In this document: piece after piece, positions 40,910 to 53,977 of the stretch
Layout of the letters: each line of letters begins with the position of its first letter
Position numbering within the stretch: position 1 is the stretch's first letter
The notes under the pieces: model-generated
Seen by the model: only the letters and a program-made list of their open reading frames with translations
Databases searched by the model: none
Told to the model about the DNA's origin: nothing
Made by a program: the position numbers and the translations under genes
Assembly (NCBI RefSeq): GCF_006345805.1
Contig: NC_043017.1
Location: 5,890,001 to 5,954,000 of the forward strand
Direction of reading: 5' to 3'
DNA from: Octopus sinensis
Taxonomy: Eukaryota
Length of the DNA stretch: 64,000 nt

Positions 40910-41647
40910 TGCATGTGTGTTAGTATGTATGTATGTATGTATGTATGTGTGTATGTATGTATGTATGTATGTATGTATGTATGTATGTATGTATGTATGT
41001 ATGTATGTATGTATGTATGTATGTATGTATGTATGTGTGTATGTATGTGTGTATGTATGTATGTATGTATGTATGTATGTATGTATGTATGTATGTATGT
41101 ATGTATGTGTGTATGTATGTATGTATGTATGTATGTATGTATGTATGTATGTATGTATGTATGTATGTGTGTATGTATGTAGTGTGTAGTATGTATGTAT
41201 GTATGTATGTATGTGTGTATGTATGTATGTATGTATGTATGTATGTATGTGTGTATGTATGTATGTATGTATGTATGTATGTATGTATGTATGTATGTGT
41301 GTATGTATGTATGTATGTGTGTATGTATGTATGTGTGTATGTATGTATGTATGTATGTATGTATGTACATATGTACGTATGTATGTATGTGTGTATGTAT
41401 GTATGTATGTATGTATGTATGTATGTATGTATGTATGTATGTATGTGTGTATGTATGTGTGTATGTATGTATGTATGTATGTATGTATGCATGCATGTAT
41501 GTGTGTATGTATATGTATGTATGATGTATGTATGTATGTATTATGTATGTATGTGTATGTATGTATGTATGTATGTATGTATGTATGTATGTATGTATGT
41601 ATGTGTGTATGTATGTATGTATGTATGTATGTATGTATGTATGTGTG

Positions 41648-41679
<32 letters not shown>

Positions 41680-42290
41680 TGTATGTATGTATGTATGTAT
41701 GTATGTATGTATGTATGTATGTATGTGTGTATGTATGTATGTATGTATGTATGTATGTATGTATGTATGTATGTATGTATGTGTGTATGTATGTATGTGT
41801 GTATGTATGTATGTATGTTGTATTATGTATGTGTGTATGTATGTATGTATGTATGTATGTGTATGTATGTATGTATGTATGTATGTATGTATGTATGTAG
41901 TTGTGTATGTATGTGGTATGTATGTATGTTGTATGTATGTATGTGTGTATGTATGTATGTATGTATGTATGTATGTGTGTATGTATGTATGTATGTATGT
42001 ATGTCTGTATGTATGTATGTAGTATGTGTGTATGTATGTATGTATGTATGTATGTATGTATGTATATGTATGGGTGTATGTATGTATGTGTGTATTATGT
42101 ATGTATGTATGTATGTACATATGTACGTATGTATGTATTGTGTATGTATGTATGTTGTATGTATGTATGTATGTGTAGTGTGTATGTATGTATGTGTGTA
42201 TGTATGTATGTATGTATGTATATGTATGTATGTATGCATGCATGTATGTGTGTACGCATGCACGTATGAATACACACGCGCACACACGGA
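40910..42290. repeat. ~1.4-kb (TATG)n tetranucleotide array
   Basis: Direct inspection. Source of the 509- and 615-aa pseudo-ORFs. Confidence 0.97.
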
Positions 42291-42366
42291 CATACATACA
42301 CATATATACACATACACGCAGATGTTCGCACATTTACATTCATACACATGCAAGGATACACACGCT

Positions 42367-42796
42367 CTTTTACTATTTGTCTTGTTTCAGTCATTTGACT
42401 GCGGCCATGCTGGAGCACCACCTTTAGTCAAAAAAATTGACTCCAAGACTTATTTTTTGTAAGCCTAGTACTTATTCAATCGGTTCTTTTGCCGAACCGC
42501 TAGATTACGCGGACATAAATACATCAGTATCGGTTGTCAAGATATGGTGGGGGAACAAAGACAGACACAGACACGCACATATACAAACATATATACATAC
42601 ATATATATATATATATATACATACATACATACATGCATACATACATACATACATACAAACATACATCTACCAAATTCACTGACAATGCTTTGGTCGACCC
42701 GAGACTATAGTCGAAGAGACTTGCCCAAGGTGCCACACAGTGGTACTGAACCCGGAACCATGTTGCTGGGAAGCAAGCTTCTTACCACACGGCCAC
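42367..42796 (-). mobile_element. SINE family B
   Basis: Head and tail motifs as in other family B copies. Confidence 0.9.
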
Positions 42797-43536
42797 ATAC
42801 ATATACGCACATACTTAACCCCCACACACATTCACAGACACATACTCGCATACAACCTCACATACAAACACATATACGCACGCATACATACATTCACACA
42901 TGCATGTACATACACACACACATAAACATACAAGTATTCATACATATACACGTACCCACGCGGACAAGTATACATACGCCCGCGCGCAAACACACCTGGA
43001 TACTTACACTTGTATACATCAACACATACGCACACATACTTTCATACATTTTTTAGCATACACACACACACACACATATAATATGCATACTTACACACAC
43101 ACACACGCACGCACACTTATACAAAGAAGTAGAAACAGAATCCCAGTACAATACGAGAGCAAACCTAGACATCACAATATGGCCGAAAGAAAGTATTACA
43201 TATGTCAGACATTACAGTTTAGCAGAATAGATATTGGCAGGATGTCAGAGGAACTGAAGACAAATTAGGACAATTCCATCGTCCTGGGATTCCGATTCGC
43301 AAACACTGAAGAAGTCCCTTGGCATATCTTGAAGTTTCCCGACTTGTTTTTCCGTGTTTTCTTTATTGTTCCCATCAATAATGGTTGCTATTTCAAATCT
43401 AGATATTTGCTGTTATTGACCGACTGAACTCAAGGAGTGCAAACATTAAGACGTTGGAATATACACCTGAGCGCGTGCGTGTGTGTATGTACGTACATGT
43501 ATATATGTATTTTATATATATACATATGTGTATATA

Positions 43537-43570
<34 letters not shown>

Positions 43571-43607
43571 CACACAACAATATATATATATATATATACC
43601 CACACAC

Positions 43608-43657
<50 letters not shown>

Positions 43658-43950
43658 GCAATTATAGGTAGTTTTAAACTCATGAAGGGATGGTTTATAT
43701 ATATATACAAACATATTTACACATGTATGTACATACGTATGCATGTATGTATGTATATATGTAATGTGTATGTATATATGTGTGTGTGCATGCATGCGCA
43801 CGTGTATGTGTGTGTGCATGCATGCGCGCATGTACGTGCGTGTGTGTGTTGTATTTGAGTCAATTTAACATAAGGACAGCCAACATTAAATGTCTGGAAT
43901 ATATACTTCTGTGCCTGTGTGTATTGATGCATATATATATGTGTTTGTGT

Positions 43951-43998
<48 letters not shown>

Positions 43999-45700
43999 CT
44001 GTGTGTGTGTGTGCCTGTGTGTGAGTTTAAGTTACGGAATGCCAAAATGTAACACCTGATATACATACACACGCAGACATACACATAGACAAACTTATAA
44101 ACATACGAACGTATATGCTACATATATATAGTTTACTGTGAAAGAAGGAAAAAAATTGACGAATGAAGGAAAAGAGAAACGGAAATAACGAACCAGTGAC
44201 TGCAGGGATCGAATGAATGTAGATAACTTTAAAGAAACAAGAAAATAGCAGCAAAGCCACGTGACAGTGGTGTCAGTCGTAGCGTGCAGACGATCATATA
44301 ACTTTTGTTTTTCTCTTCCGTTTTATTTTGACATGCGCATTGAGTTTTTATTCTTTTCCGTTTTATGAATTCAGTGTTGCACATGCACATTGCGTGTTCA
44401 TACTTCTCTTTCCGGTTCCTATTCAAAGCTGTTTACAGATCACAACCATCTCACGAACATGCGTTCGTGAGGAGCGCTTCACGCTCTGATGGCTGTAAGA
44501 AAATGGTAGAGTTTAAAATTACGGGTGTTTAAGGACCATTTTTTGAAGAAAGAAATTACCCGTTTGTTGTACATAGAGTTAGAAAGTAAAACAAGGATTC
44601 GATGAATGCCTGTAATGGAAGCGATCTAAAAAAATTATGAAGAAAATATAAAATGGCTGTAAAGTTTGGCACAGGGCCAGCGGTTTTTGAAGGAAAGGGA
44701 GCAAATAAATTGCCTTGCTCAAGGACACAACAAGCCGTCGAGAATCGAACTCTCGATCGAGAGCTGAATACCGTAACCACTAAGCCACGCACCTGGTACT
44801 TATTTTATTGTGAAAGGAGGAAAGGCAAAGTCGACCACGGTGGAATTTGAAGTCAGAACGTAAAGATGGACGAAATGCCGTTAAGTATTTTGTTCGACGC
44901 GCTAACGATTTAGAAAAAGATATAATGAAAAATTATATCTAAGAAGAAAAAAAAAGAGCAAAAGGTGTTAAAGAAGGAAAAGAAGAAAATTATAGCTGAA
45001 AAATGTTGGAAAAAATGTTGAGAATATTTTTTTTTACTTCTATTCCAAAATAAATAAATAGCGGAAACCGTGAAAAATTCACGGCATTAATGCTAAACCT
45101 ACGGGGTTATTTCTGAAGACTTTAACCCCCAAAAAAAGAAAGAAAGAAAGAAACGAAAAAAAAAAAGAAAAGAAAGAAAAAGAAAAGAAAGAAAAAAGGG
45201 GACTTGAAAGAGTAAGTCTGCGTTGTGCTTGTATGGAAATACAGTCGCTCACCTGTTATTCCTTAAAAGGTGAAATGCACTTTATATATACACTTTATAT
45301 ACATTATGCACACTTTTATAGATTTAAAACACTGCACTAATAAAATTAATATGCACTCTTATTTTTCCATTTTCCCCATAAATAAAAACACAAAGAAATC
45401 CCGTGCGTATGATACAACCTTTAGTTAAATTGCATATATCTGCTACGTAAATATGCGCGAATATTTCACGGGATTGCACTTATGCGCTTGCGTTAAGTGA
45501 TAGGTGATATAGAAAACTTCGTTCAATTTTTAAAAAAATACATTTTTCACTATCCAATACTACCAGCACCACCTCCACCAACACCACTATCACCATTTCT
45601 CTCCCTCTCCCTCCTCTCTCGCTCCCTCTTTATCCTATCTCCCTCCTCTCTTTCCCCTCTCTCACCTTCGTCTCTCTCTGTCTCCCTTCTCTCTTTTACA

Positions 45701-45957
45701 CTTTTATTCTTTTACTTGTTTCAGACATTTGACTGTGGCCATGCTGGAGCACCGCCTTTTCGTCGAAAAAATCGACCCCGCAGGACTTATTCTTTGCAAG
45801 CCTAGTACTTATTCTATCGGTCTCTTATGCAGAATCGCTAGGTTACGGGGACGTAAACACACCAGCATCGGTTGTTAAGCGATGTTGGGGGACAAAAACA
45901 GATACACAAACGTATACACACACATACATACATACAATACATATATATATACATATT

Positions 45958-45988
<31 letters not shown>

Positions 45989-45992
45989 ATAT

Positions 45993-46023
<31 letters not shown>

Positions 46024-46211
46024 GTATATATATATACACACATATATATATACATATATACGACAGGCTTCTTCAGTTTCCGTCTACCAAATCCACTCAC
46101 AAGGCTTTGGTTGGCCCGAGGCTATAGTAGAAGACACTCGCTCAAGATACCACGCAGTGGGACTGAACCCGGAACCATGTGGTTCGTAAGCAAGCTACTT
46201 ACCACACAGCC
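45701..46211 (-). mobile_element. SINE family B
   Basis: Full head and tail, internal (TA)n. Confidence 0.9.
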
Positions 46212-46503
46212 AACCATTCTTTAACCTCACCATCAGAACATCACCCCTCTGTTAAAATTATATTTTTAAGTCTCCTCCTCTCCCTCGAACTAACTGTTTT
46301 AACGACGTAATAAATATTACGTTCCCCCTACCTCACGTCATGCATGCTTCTCTCTCTTTTTTCTTTCTCGCTCTTCTTCTTTCTCCTTCTTTCTGTCTCA
46401 CTCTTTTCCTTATCCTCTTTTTCTCTCTCCTTTTCCTTTCTCCTCTCTTTCCTTCACATGAAAGCTTTCGCTTACACTCCCACTACTTCACGTCATTGAC
46501 GCT

Positions 46504-46534
<31 letters not shown>

Positions 46535-46798
46535 CTTTTCTTTCTCCCTCTTTTCCTCTGATCACGTGAAAACAATACAATCAGGCTAAGTAACGCAATG
46601 ACACGCAAAATTACTATAATTCTAATACAGGCAAAAGCCATGAAATTTGCGGGAGTGGTGGTAGACGATTACATCAACCCCATTACATAACTGGTACTTA
46701 TCAGTCAGGAACGAGCATTTGAACTCAGAACATAAAGACGGACGAAGTGCTGATAAGTATGTTGTTCGGCGTGCTAACGAATGTGCCAGCTTACCGTT

Positions 46799-46864
<66 letters not shown>

Positions 46865-46866
<2 letters not shown>

Positions 46867-47270
46867 CTTTTGTACTCTAGGCACAAAGCCCATATGTTTT
46901 GGAGAGGGGGGGGGGGGCTAGTCGATTATATCGACCCCAGTGCGTAACTGGTACTTAATTTATCGACCCCGAAAGGATGAAAGGCAAAGCCGAGCTCGGC
47001 GGAATTTGAACTCAGAACGTAGCGACGGACGAAATACCTATTTCTTTATTGCCCACAAGGGCCTAAACACAGAGGGGACAAACAAGGACAGAGAAACGGA
47101 TTAAGTCGATTATATCGACCCCGGTGCGTAACTGGTACTTATTTAATCGACCCCGAAAGGATGAAAGGCAAAGTCGACCTTGGTGGAATTGGAACTCAGA
47201 ACCTAACGGCAGACGAAACAACTCTAAGCATTTCGTCCAGCGTGCTAACGATTCTGCCAGCTCACCGCCT
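46865..47270 (-). mobile_element. Tandem SINE family A dimer
   Basis: Same junction in reverse, gaaatacctatttc, at 47031-47044. Confidence 0.9.
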
Positions 47271-47321
47271 TAACAACAACAATAAAATCATCATCATCAT
47301 CAACAACAACAACAACAATAA

Positions 47322-47480
47322 TAGAACTGCTACAAGAAGTTTTCCCGTTTGGCAAGGCCAGAATAACCAGGAAAATATTAGACAATTGAAAAGAACAGAT
47401 AGAATGGTACCGTAGACTGCAAGAGGCAAGCCCGCTACGCATGCAAAACTCCAAGAGTTGCAACAAAACCTGAGCTAATA
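47322..47480 (+). mobile_element. Very short R4/Dong 3' end
   Basis: IELLQEVFPFGKARITRKILDN* (cf. LQKAALLGTARILRKVL), between (AAC/AAT)n and (AAT/GAT)n. Confidence 0.55.
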
Positions 47481-48349
47481 AAAATAATAATGATGATGAT
47501 GATGATGATGATAAACTATCAAGAAAGAATAGTTTTAGGAAAATTGTATAAAAACCATTGCAAAGTAAATTCTATCTTTAAAATGTTATTAAAAAACTGG
47601 CGATGAAAATTGGGAAGGTTAAAGTCACCACGAATAGCAGTGATAACAAAACATCTACAAAGTCTCAGATTCTGGAGAAAGGTGATAAAAATAAAGAGTT
47701 TTAAATTATTCACCGTTTCCTATAAATATCTAATCGATTCTTGGAAGTAATTGCCATTTATTGTTCCTCATGTAACACCTTTTTCTAGAAATATACATGT
47801 TTTACATACATTTATTTTTTTTTGTTACTTGCATCTAAGAGCGATTTTAAATTTCTTAATTTCCTGCTCTAAAATTTTAATACACTTTAATGGGTTTTAG
47901 TCTATGCTGTCTCTCAAATGAATATTGCTTGAAGAGCAATGCTTTGGCGAAACTAGTCTTTATAACCAAGGCGTTGGATGTTCAACTATTATTACAGAGC
48001 AATATTGTGCTATGTACTGTTTTCATTTGTGTGTGTGTGAGGTGGGGGCACTGCTGTGCGTTTAAAACTTGTTTTGCAAGAAGTTAGTTTCATTGCGTGG
48101 TGCCTGAGGCAAATGTCTTCTACCATAGACCCATGCCAACCAATATCCTGTGAGTGAAATAGGTAGAGAGAAACTGGGTGGTAACTCGTCTGCTCGAAAT
48201 GAGGAGTAGATAGCCGACAACTGATGAAGGGTCGTTCTTTGTGTTACATCTGTTTCCCACTTTTTCTCTCGTTGTTTGCGTATTTAAATCATGTTTTTGT
48301 ATTTCATGTTGTTTACTGTTGGTGACGTCCTGTACCCATATGTGCATGT

Positions 48350-48395
48350 GTATACACACACACATACATATATATATATATATGTATATGCTTGT

Positions 48396-48426
<31 letters not shown>

Positions 48427-48567
48427 CACACAGGTACACCCAAACACTCACACATATATTCACACACACATACATACGTACACATACACTCACACAAACA
48501 TATATATATATACACACAGGTACACCCAAACACTCACACATATATTCACACACACATACATATATAT

Positions 48568-48598
<31 letters not shown>

Positions 48599-48621
48599 CA
48601 AACATACATACACACATAGAT

Positions 48622-48672
<51 letters not shown>

Positions 48673-48745
48673 CACACAGGTACACCCAAACACTCACACA
48701 TATATTCACACACACATACATACGTACACATACACTCACACAAAC

Positions 48746-48778
<33 letters not shown>

Positions 48779-48812
48779 CACACAGGTACACCCAAACACT
48801 CACACATATATT

Positions 48813-48844
<32 letters not shown>

Positions 48845-48878
48845 CACACAGGTACACCCAAACACTCACACATATATT

Positions 48879-48946
<68 letters not shown>

Positions 48947-49075
48947 TATAGATATATATATATATATGTATGTATATATATATATATATATATGCTTGTA
49001 TATATATGTATATGCTTGTATATATATGTATATATATATGTATATGTATATATATCTATTATTATTATTATTATT

Positions 49076-49152
<77 letters not shown>
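48350..49152. repeat. Microsatellite-derived higher-order repeat plus (TA)n, (CAT)n, (TAT)n
   Basis: Unit cacacaggtacacccaaacactcacacatatattcac recurs at least five times. Confidence 0.9.
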
Positions 49153-49155
<3 letters not shown>

Positions 49156-49239
49156 ACCTTCAAAACCATTGTAAATACCTATGATTCAGAGTTTCATGTT
49201 CCCGCTCATCGGACAGTTGCGATTAAGAGTCTTGATCAC

Positions 49240-49281
49240 AACTGTCCGACGAATGGAAACATGAAACTCCAAGTAACAGTT
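49240..49281 (+). ncRNA. Minimal type I hammerhead-like fold (one core mismatch)
   Basis: Stem I aactgt/acagtt, core CCGACGA (U4 to C), stem II atg-gaaa-cat, GAAA, short near-palindromic stem III actc.aagt, GUA ending at 49275. Confidence 0.55.
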
Positions 49282-50103
49282 TTCTGTAATGTTTTTGCAG
49301 CTTTTATAAAAAACACACATTGCTCTACCTTCTGTATTCGAGTACTATTTTCCCAACCTTGATTTGCATTTACGTGCTTACTCGTGTATGTGAGTATGTG
49401 TGTGTGTGTATATATATATATATCTATATTTGTGTGTGTGAATGTATGTACATTATGCGTCTGGGCATGTATTTATGTATGTATGAATGTATTTATGTAT
49501 GTATGTAGTATATATGTTTGCATGTGTATACGCTTGTCTAGCGTCAACTGGGAAAGAATTTACGTTCCAATGTTAACTGAAGATGTGGAATACACTATTG
49601 TGGTTTCCTCGTTGTTTTGTCCAAGAATCTCTATAATCTTGCTATAACTTCCGCTGCCATTTGCAGACAATCTAAAGATGATCTGTGTCACTCTGAGATC
49701 AACGTCTGTCGCAGATCTCAGATTATGGCGCACGACTTGTTATTCCGCTACCAAATACATAGACATACACAAACTCTGGAATGTGCGTACGCACAAATAC
49801 ACACACACACACAGAGACATACATACATGCACATACACACACACGTACATAATACACATACACTCACACAAACATATATATATATATACACACAGGTACA
49901 CCCAAACACTCACACATATATTCACACACACATACATACGTACACATACACTCACATACAAACACGTATATAACACACATAAATAGATATACACAAACAC
50001 TGATATGTGTGTACACACAAATATATATATATATATTATATATATATACAAACATACATACACACATAGATACACACACACATACATATATATATATAAC
50101 ATG

Positions 50104-50135
<32 letters not shown>

Positions 50136-50536
50136 TGTATGTATGTATGTATGTATGTATGTATGTATGTATGTACAAGACATATACGCGCACAAACACA
50201 CTCACACACATTCAGACACGTACACATAATCTCAAACACACACACACACACCCAAATGCGCATGCAAACCCATATATGTACGAACAGATATGCATACACC
50301 TATGTATATGTTTGTTTACACAGTCAACCGCCTGCTTGTTATTGTTATTAATCCATCCGTATATTCTTCGCTAACTTCCTACATAACTGCACAGAACTAC
50401 TTATCTAACAATGTCGTACATATCGTCTAGAAAGTCAGCATAAGGATCTCCGTCTGCATCGACGATGAGTATTCTTGTGTTCAAAGAACTGAACTTCCAG
50501 GCTCGCTGAATTAAGAAACTGAATATTCCTTAGATC

Positions 50537-50880
50537 AGGGGTTGTCAACCATTTTGTCCTAGGGACCCTTTATTCCTGTTTCACAGGCATGGACTCTTCT
50601 AACCATTTGATGTTTAACCGTTTAGTATTTAAACCGGTTGTAACCATCCCAAATATTCTACGTGTTTTATGTTCAAACTGGCTAGATCTGGATTCACACA
50701 TCGACCCTACGATGCCATTTTAAAAATAAGCAATCACATCTTCAAAATCTCGAAGCTAAAAGACAATGCATAATTAATTTAAAACAATGTTAATAAATAA
50801 GCTTTACAATTCACTGAATAATCTGAATGATAACGGGTTAAAAACTCCCATAATATTTTGTATAATTAAATATTATTAAT
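50537..50880. mobile_element. hAT-like MITE remnant interrupted by the TTAA MITE
   Basis: Begins caggggttgtcaacc (hAT/Charlie-like TIR). Right end not identified. Confidence 0.35.
50618..50837. mobile_element. piggyBac-type MITE
   Basis: TTAA at 50614-50617 and 50838-50841 flank a 220-bp element with degenerate TIRs ccgtttagtatt / aatgataacggg. Confidence 0.65.
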
Positions 50881-50939
50881 TTCGTTTTTGTATTTGGTTT
50901 GCAAGATTCTTTATGTGAATTCGTGTGTTTTATTGTGTC

Positions 50940-51164
50940 TGGGGAAAGTCATTCTCTTTTTGTGCCTTATTATTCGACACACTCACCGGTTCGATTTCCA
51001 CTCATGTACTTATTTATTTTTTCTAAAATATTTTTGTTGCGTCTTACTGGAAAAGTTGCAAGACGCAACGAAAATATTTTAGAAAACATAAATTAGTAAA
51101 TGAGTGGAAATCGAACCGGTGAGTGTGTCAAATAATAAGGCACAAAAAGAGAATGACTCTCCCA
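50940..51164. repeat. ~100-bp-arm palindrome (pLTR-like)
   Basis: Arms 50947-51045 and 51060-51158 are reverse complements with a few mismatches. 14-nt loop. Confidence 0.85.
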
Positions 51165-51939
51165 ACACAACAACAACAGCGAAAACAGCAACAAAAACAA
51201 AAAGAGTAGAAACATCACCACCACCTCCAACACCAACACCACTACCAACAACAACAAAAGCAAAAACAAGCATCAAGAAAACCCAAAAGCAAGATGTTTG
51301 TGTGAACAGCAAAACTAATCCAAGGGCGATAATCGTATGAAACTCTGTGTGTATAAATGACAGTCTTAAAACTTTTCTTCTTTCCCCCAATTTAATTCAT
51401 GCCCCACCCCTCACCTCGCCCCCACCAAAATAGAAAGTAAGAAAACCCCTTCATCCCGAACATCATTGGGACGAGGCAAGCTCTCCCACTTTGTACATCC
51501 TCCGTTGGGATTACTTTCTTATTTTTTACTTTATGATTACTTTAACTGTTTTGTCCTAGACGTTGTACGAGGCATGAGAACCACAGAATCTCGTTATATT
51601 TATCTTGTTTAATAGCAAAATATTTCGTATCGATTTACAGAATTAATACCAAATAAAGATAAAACAATATTTCTTTGTTTTGATTTTTACATGTTTTTTT
51701 ATGTATATATATTCATTCGTAAAGAAACTAAAGCGAACTATAAGTGGCAGACATTGTTGTGTAGTAAGAGCTTTGCTTCTCAACCACATGGTTCCGGGTT
51801 CAGTCCAACTGAACGACGGCTTGGACAAGTATCTTCTTTCTACTATACCCTTGGGTTTACCAAAGCCTTGTCAGTGGGTTTGGTTGGTTGCAAACTCAGA
51901 AAATGACTTTTGTATATCGTTATATCTCCAAGTTCCTTT

Positions 51940-52087
51940 TCTTTCTCCCTTTATTTTATTTTATTCCTTTCTAATGGAGATCGTAGGCTCGAAGCGTAAA
52001 AGACTTTTTCATTTTCCCGAGCGTCAAACTACTACACCTGCTTGTTGTTCCTACACCTGTCTTTGTCTTTTGTTTTTCTATAAATTT

Positions 52088-52090
<3 letters not shown>
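51940..52090 (+). mobile_element. Degenerate copy of the same pLTR-like family
   Basis: cgtaggctcgaagcgtaaaagactttttcattttcccgagcg matches 24865-24910. Ends in (TA)n. Confidence 0.55.
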
Positions 52091-52129
<39 letters not shown>

Positions 52130-52149
52130 GTCATACATACATACATACA

Positions 52150-52560
52150 TACATATAAATACTCTTTTACTGTTTCAGTCACTTTGACTGCGGCCATGCT
52201 GAAGCACCGCCTTTAATCGAGCAACTCGACCCCGGAACTTATCTTTTTTTTGTAAGCCCAGTACTTATTCTATCGGTCTCTGTTGCCGAACCGCTAAGTG
52301 ACGGGGACATAAACACACCCGCATCGGTTGTCAAGCAATGCTATGGGGACAAACAACACACACACACAACACACACACACGCATACATATTATATACATA
52401 TATACGACGGGGCTCTTTCAGTTTCCGTCTACCAAATCCACTCACAAGGCTTTGGTCGGCCGAGGCTATAGTAGAAGACACTTGCCCAAGGTGCCACGCA
52501 GTGGGACTGAACCCGGAACCATGTGGTTGGTAGACAGGCTACTTACCCCACACGCCACAC
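52150..52560 (-). mobile_element. SINE family B
   Basis: Full head and tail. Confidence 0.9.
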
Positions 52561-52570
52561 TCCTGCGCAT

Positions 52571-52623
<53 letters not shown>

Positions 52624-53090
52624 GAGTGTATTTTACCTTGTTAACATTTAACACGGATAAATGAATGAATAGTTACCAGGACAGCAAAAAGCTCACAAGT
52701 AAAGATGTTTAACTCCTTGTTTATAAAGGTTGAAACTTCGTGTTTACGTTGAATATTTGAATAATAGGAATAAAAAATGGAGTTAACGCAGGTTTTAAAC
52801 AAGTATTTTTTCTTTCTACATATGTTTCAAAAATTCCACTGATACTTATTCAAAAGAATAAAAGGTATAAAAATGCAATCTTCTCTTCGGAAAGGGAAAA
52901 ACGAAACTTGTCAATACGACATTTTAGCAAAAAATGATGGATTCGTATAGCGATAGACAGAACGCTATTAATATTGTTAAAAAAACGTTATATGATATAA
53001 CGTCATAAGTAGCTAACAGAAAGAGTAGGATATTATAGTGAATGTTAAATATAAGGAAATTAAAGTCTAAACTATATATAATGATAGAGA

Positions 53091-53765
53091 CTACTTATAT
53101 GCACTAAAAGTATGTTTTTGCCAATGCTTACATCTGTATGCTCGTTCTATAACCGTGTTTACTAGAGTATTTTTAGAAAAAATAATGAAAAATAGCTCAG
53201 AATTGCAGAGAAGACAGAATTTCTTGCCTTGTCATATGGTATCGAAATTGAGAGGATCAACCATTCCAAATGAAATTGTTCATTGTGGTCTTTTAAATTC
53301 CAAATCAGTTTGCTGAGACCGGTACTATTCCGTTTATTTCTATCCCTAAATTTTGAGTAATGGATAGAAATTCTCTTAGATAATTCTAACGGTGTGCTTC
53401 CAATGTAAAATTGTACTTTATTACGAGTACTGATTATACACTGGTATAGAATTTTTAATCTTAGAGTTACTTGACATAAATTTAATTCTATTGGGATTGA
53501 CTTCAGATACAATAACCTTGTTATTAATATTTCTAGAGGGTTGGATGGTAGTAGCTAAATTAATGTTAGTATTAGTAAATGTATTAATATTTAACAGTTT
53601 GTTATTATGAGAAGATATAATTTGCAAGAGATTTTTTGTGTTTGAAAAACCTATCCTAACTTTATGTGAATTAATTATAGAGTAATATCTAGAATTATTT
53701 GGAAAATTCCTAGCAATAGCTTGACGAAACAGCAGTGGGAGATTAGATTTAATTTGTCTCCCGTA
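53091..53765 (-). mobile_element. Penelope-like element remnant, GIY-YIG endonuclease region
   Basis: RQAIARNFPNNSRYYSIINSHKVRIGFSNTKNLLQIISSHNNKLL; ILYQCII..FYIGST..KRIS.H..F..KRNSTGLSKLIWNLKD..LEWLIL; FCLLCNSE..CKH. Frameshifts present. Confidence 0.85.
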
Positions 53766-53784
53766 AGGAATTATTAACCAAATA

Positions 53785-53945
53785 TTTACCGGCCTCCCCT
53801 CTCCACGTCACCGATGTTGTCCAAGGGAAAGGCAAGGGCCGATACAGCTTGGCACCTGTGACGTCGCAACTCATTTCTACAGCTGAGTGAACTGGAGCAA
53901 CGTGAAATAAAGTGCCTTGCTCAAGAACACAACACGCAGCCCCGT
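53785..53945 (-). mobile_element. SINE family D body with alternative tail
   Basis: cagctgagtgaactggagcaacgtgaaat..ttgctcaagaacacaac is shared with 10657-10710. Confidence 0.75.
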
Positions 53946-53977
53946 CCGGGGGGGGATATATATATATATATATATAT

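Noticed and set aside
40486-42462. 615-aa and 509-aa ORFs
   Set aside because: They are translations of (TACA)n/(TATG)n. Only the last ~130 codons of the minus ORF are real, and they are a LINE RLE fragment.
48190-48240. gaaa...CTGATGAaggg motif
   Set aside because: No convincing stems I-III in any hammerhead topology.
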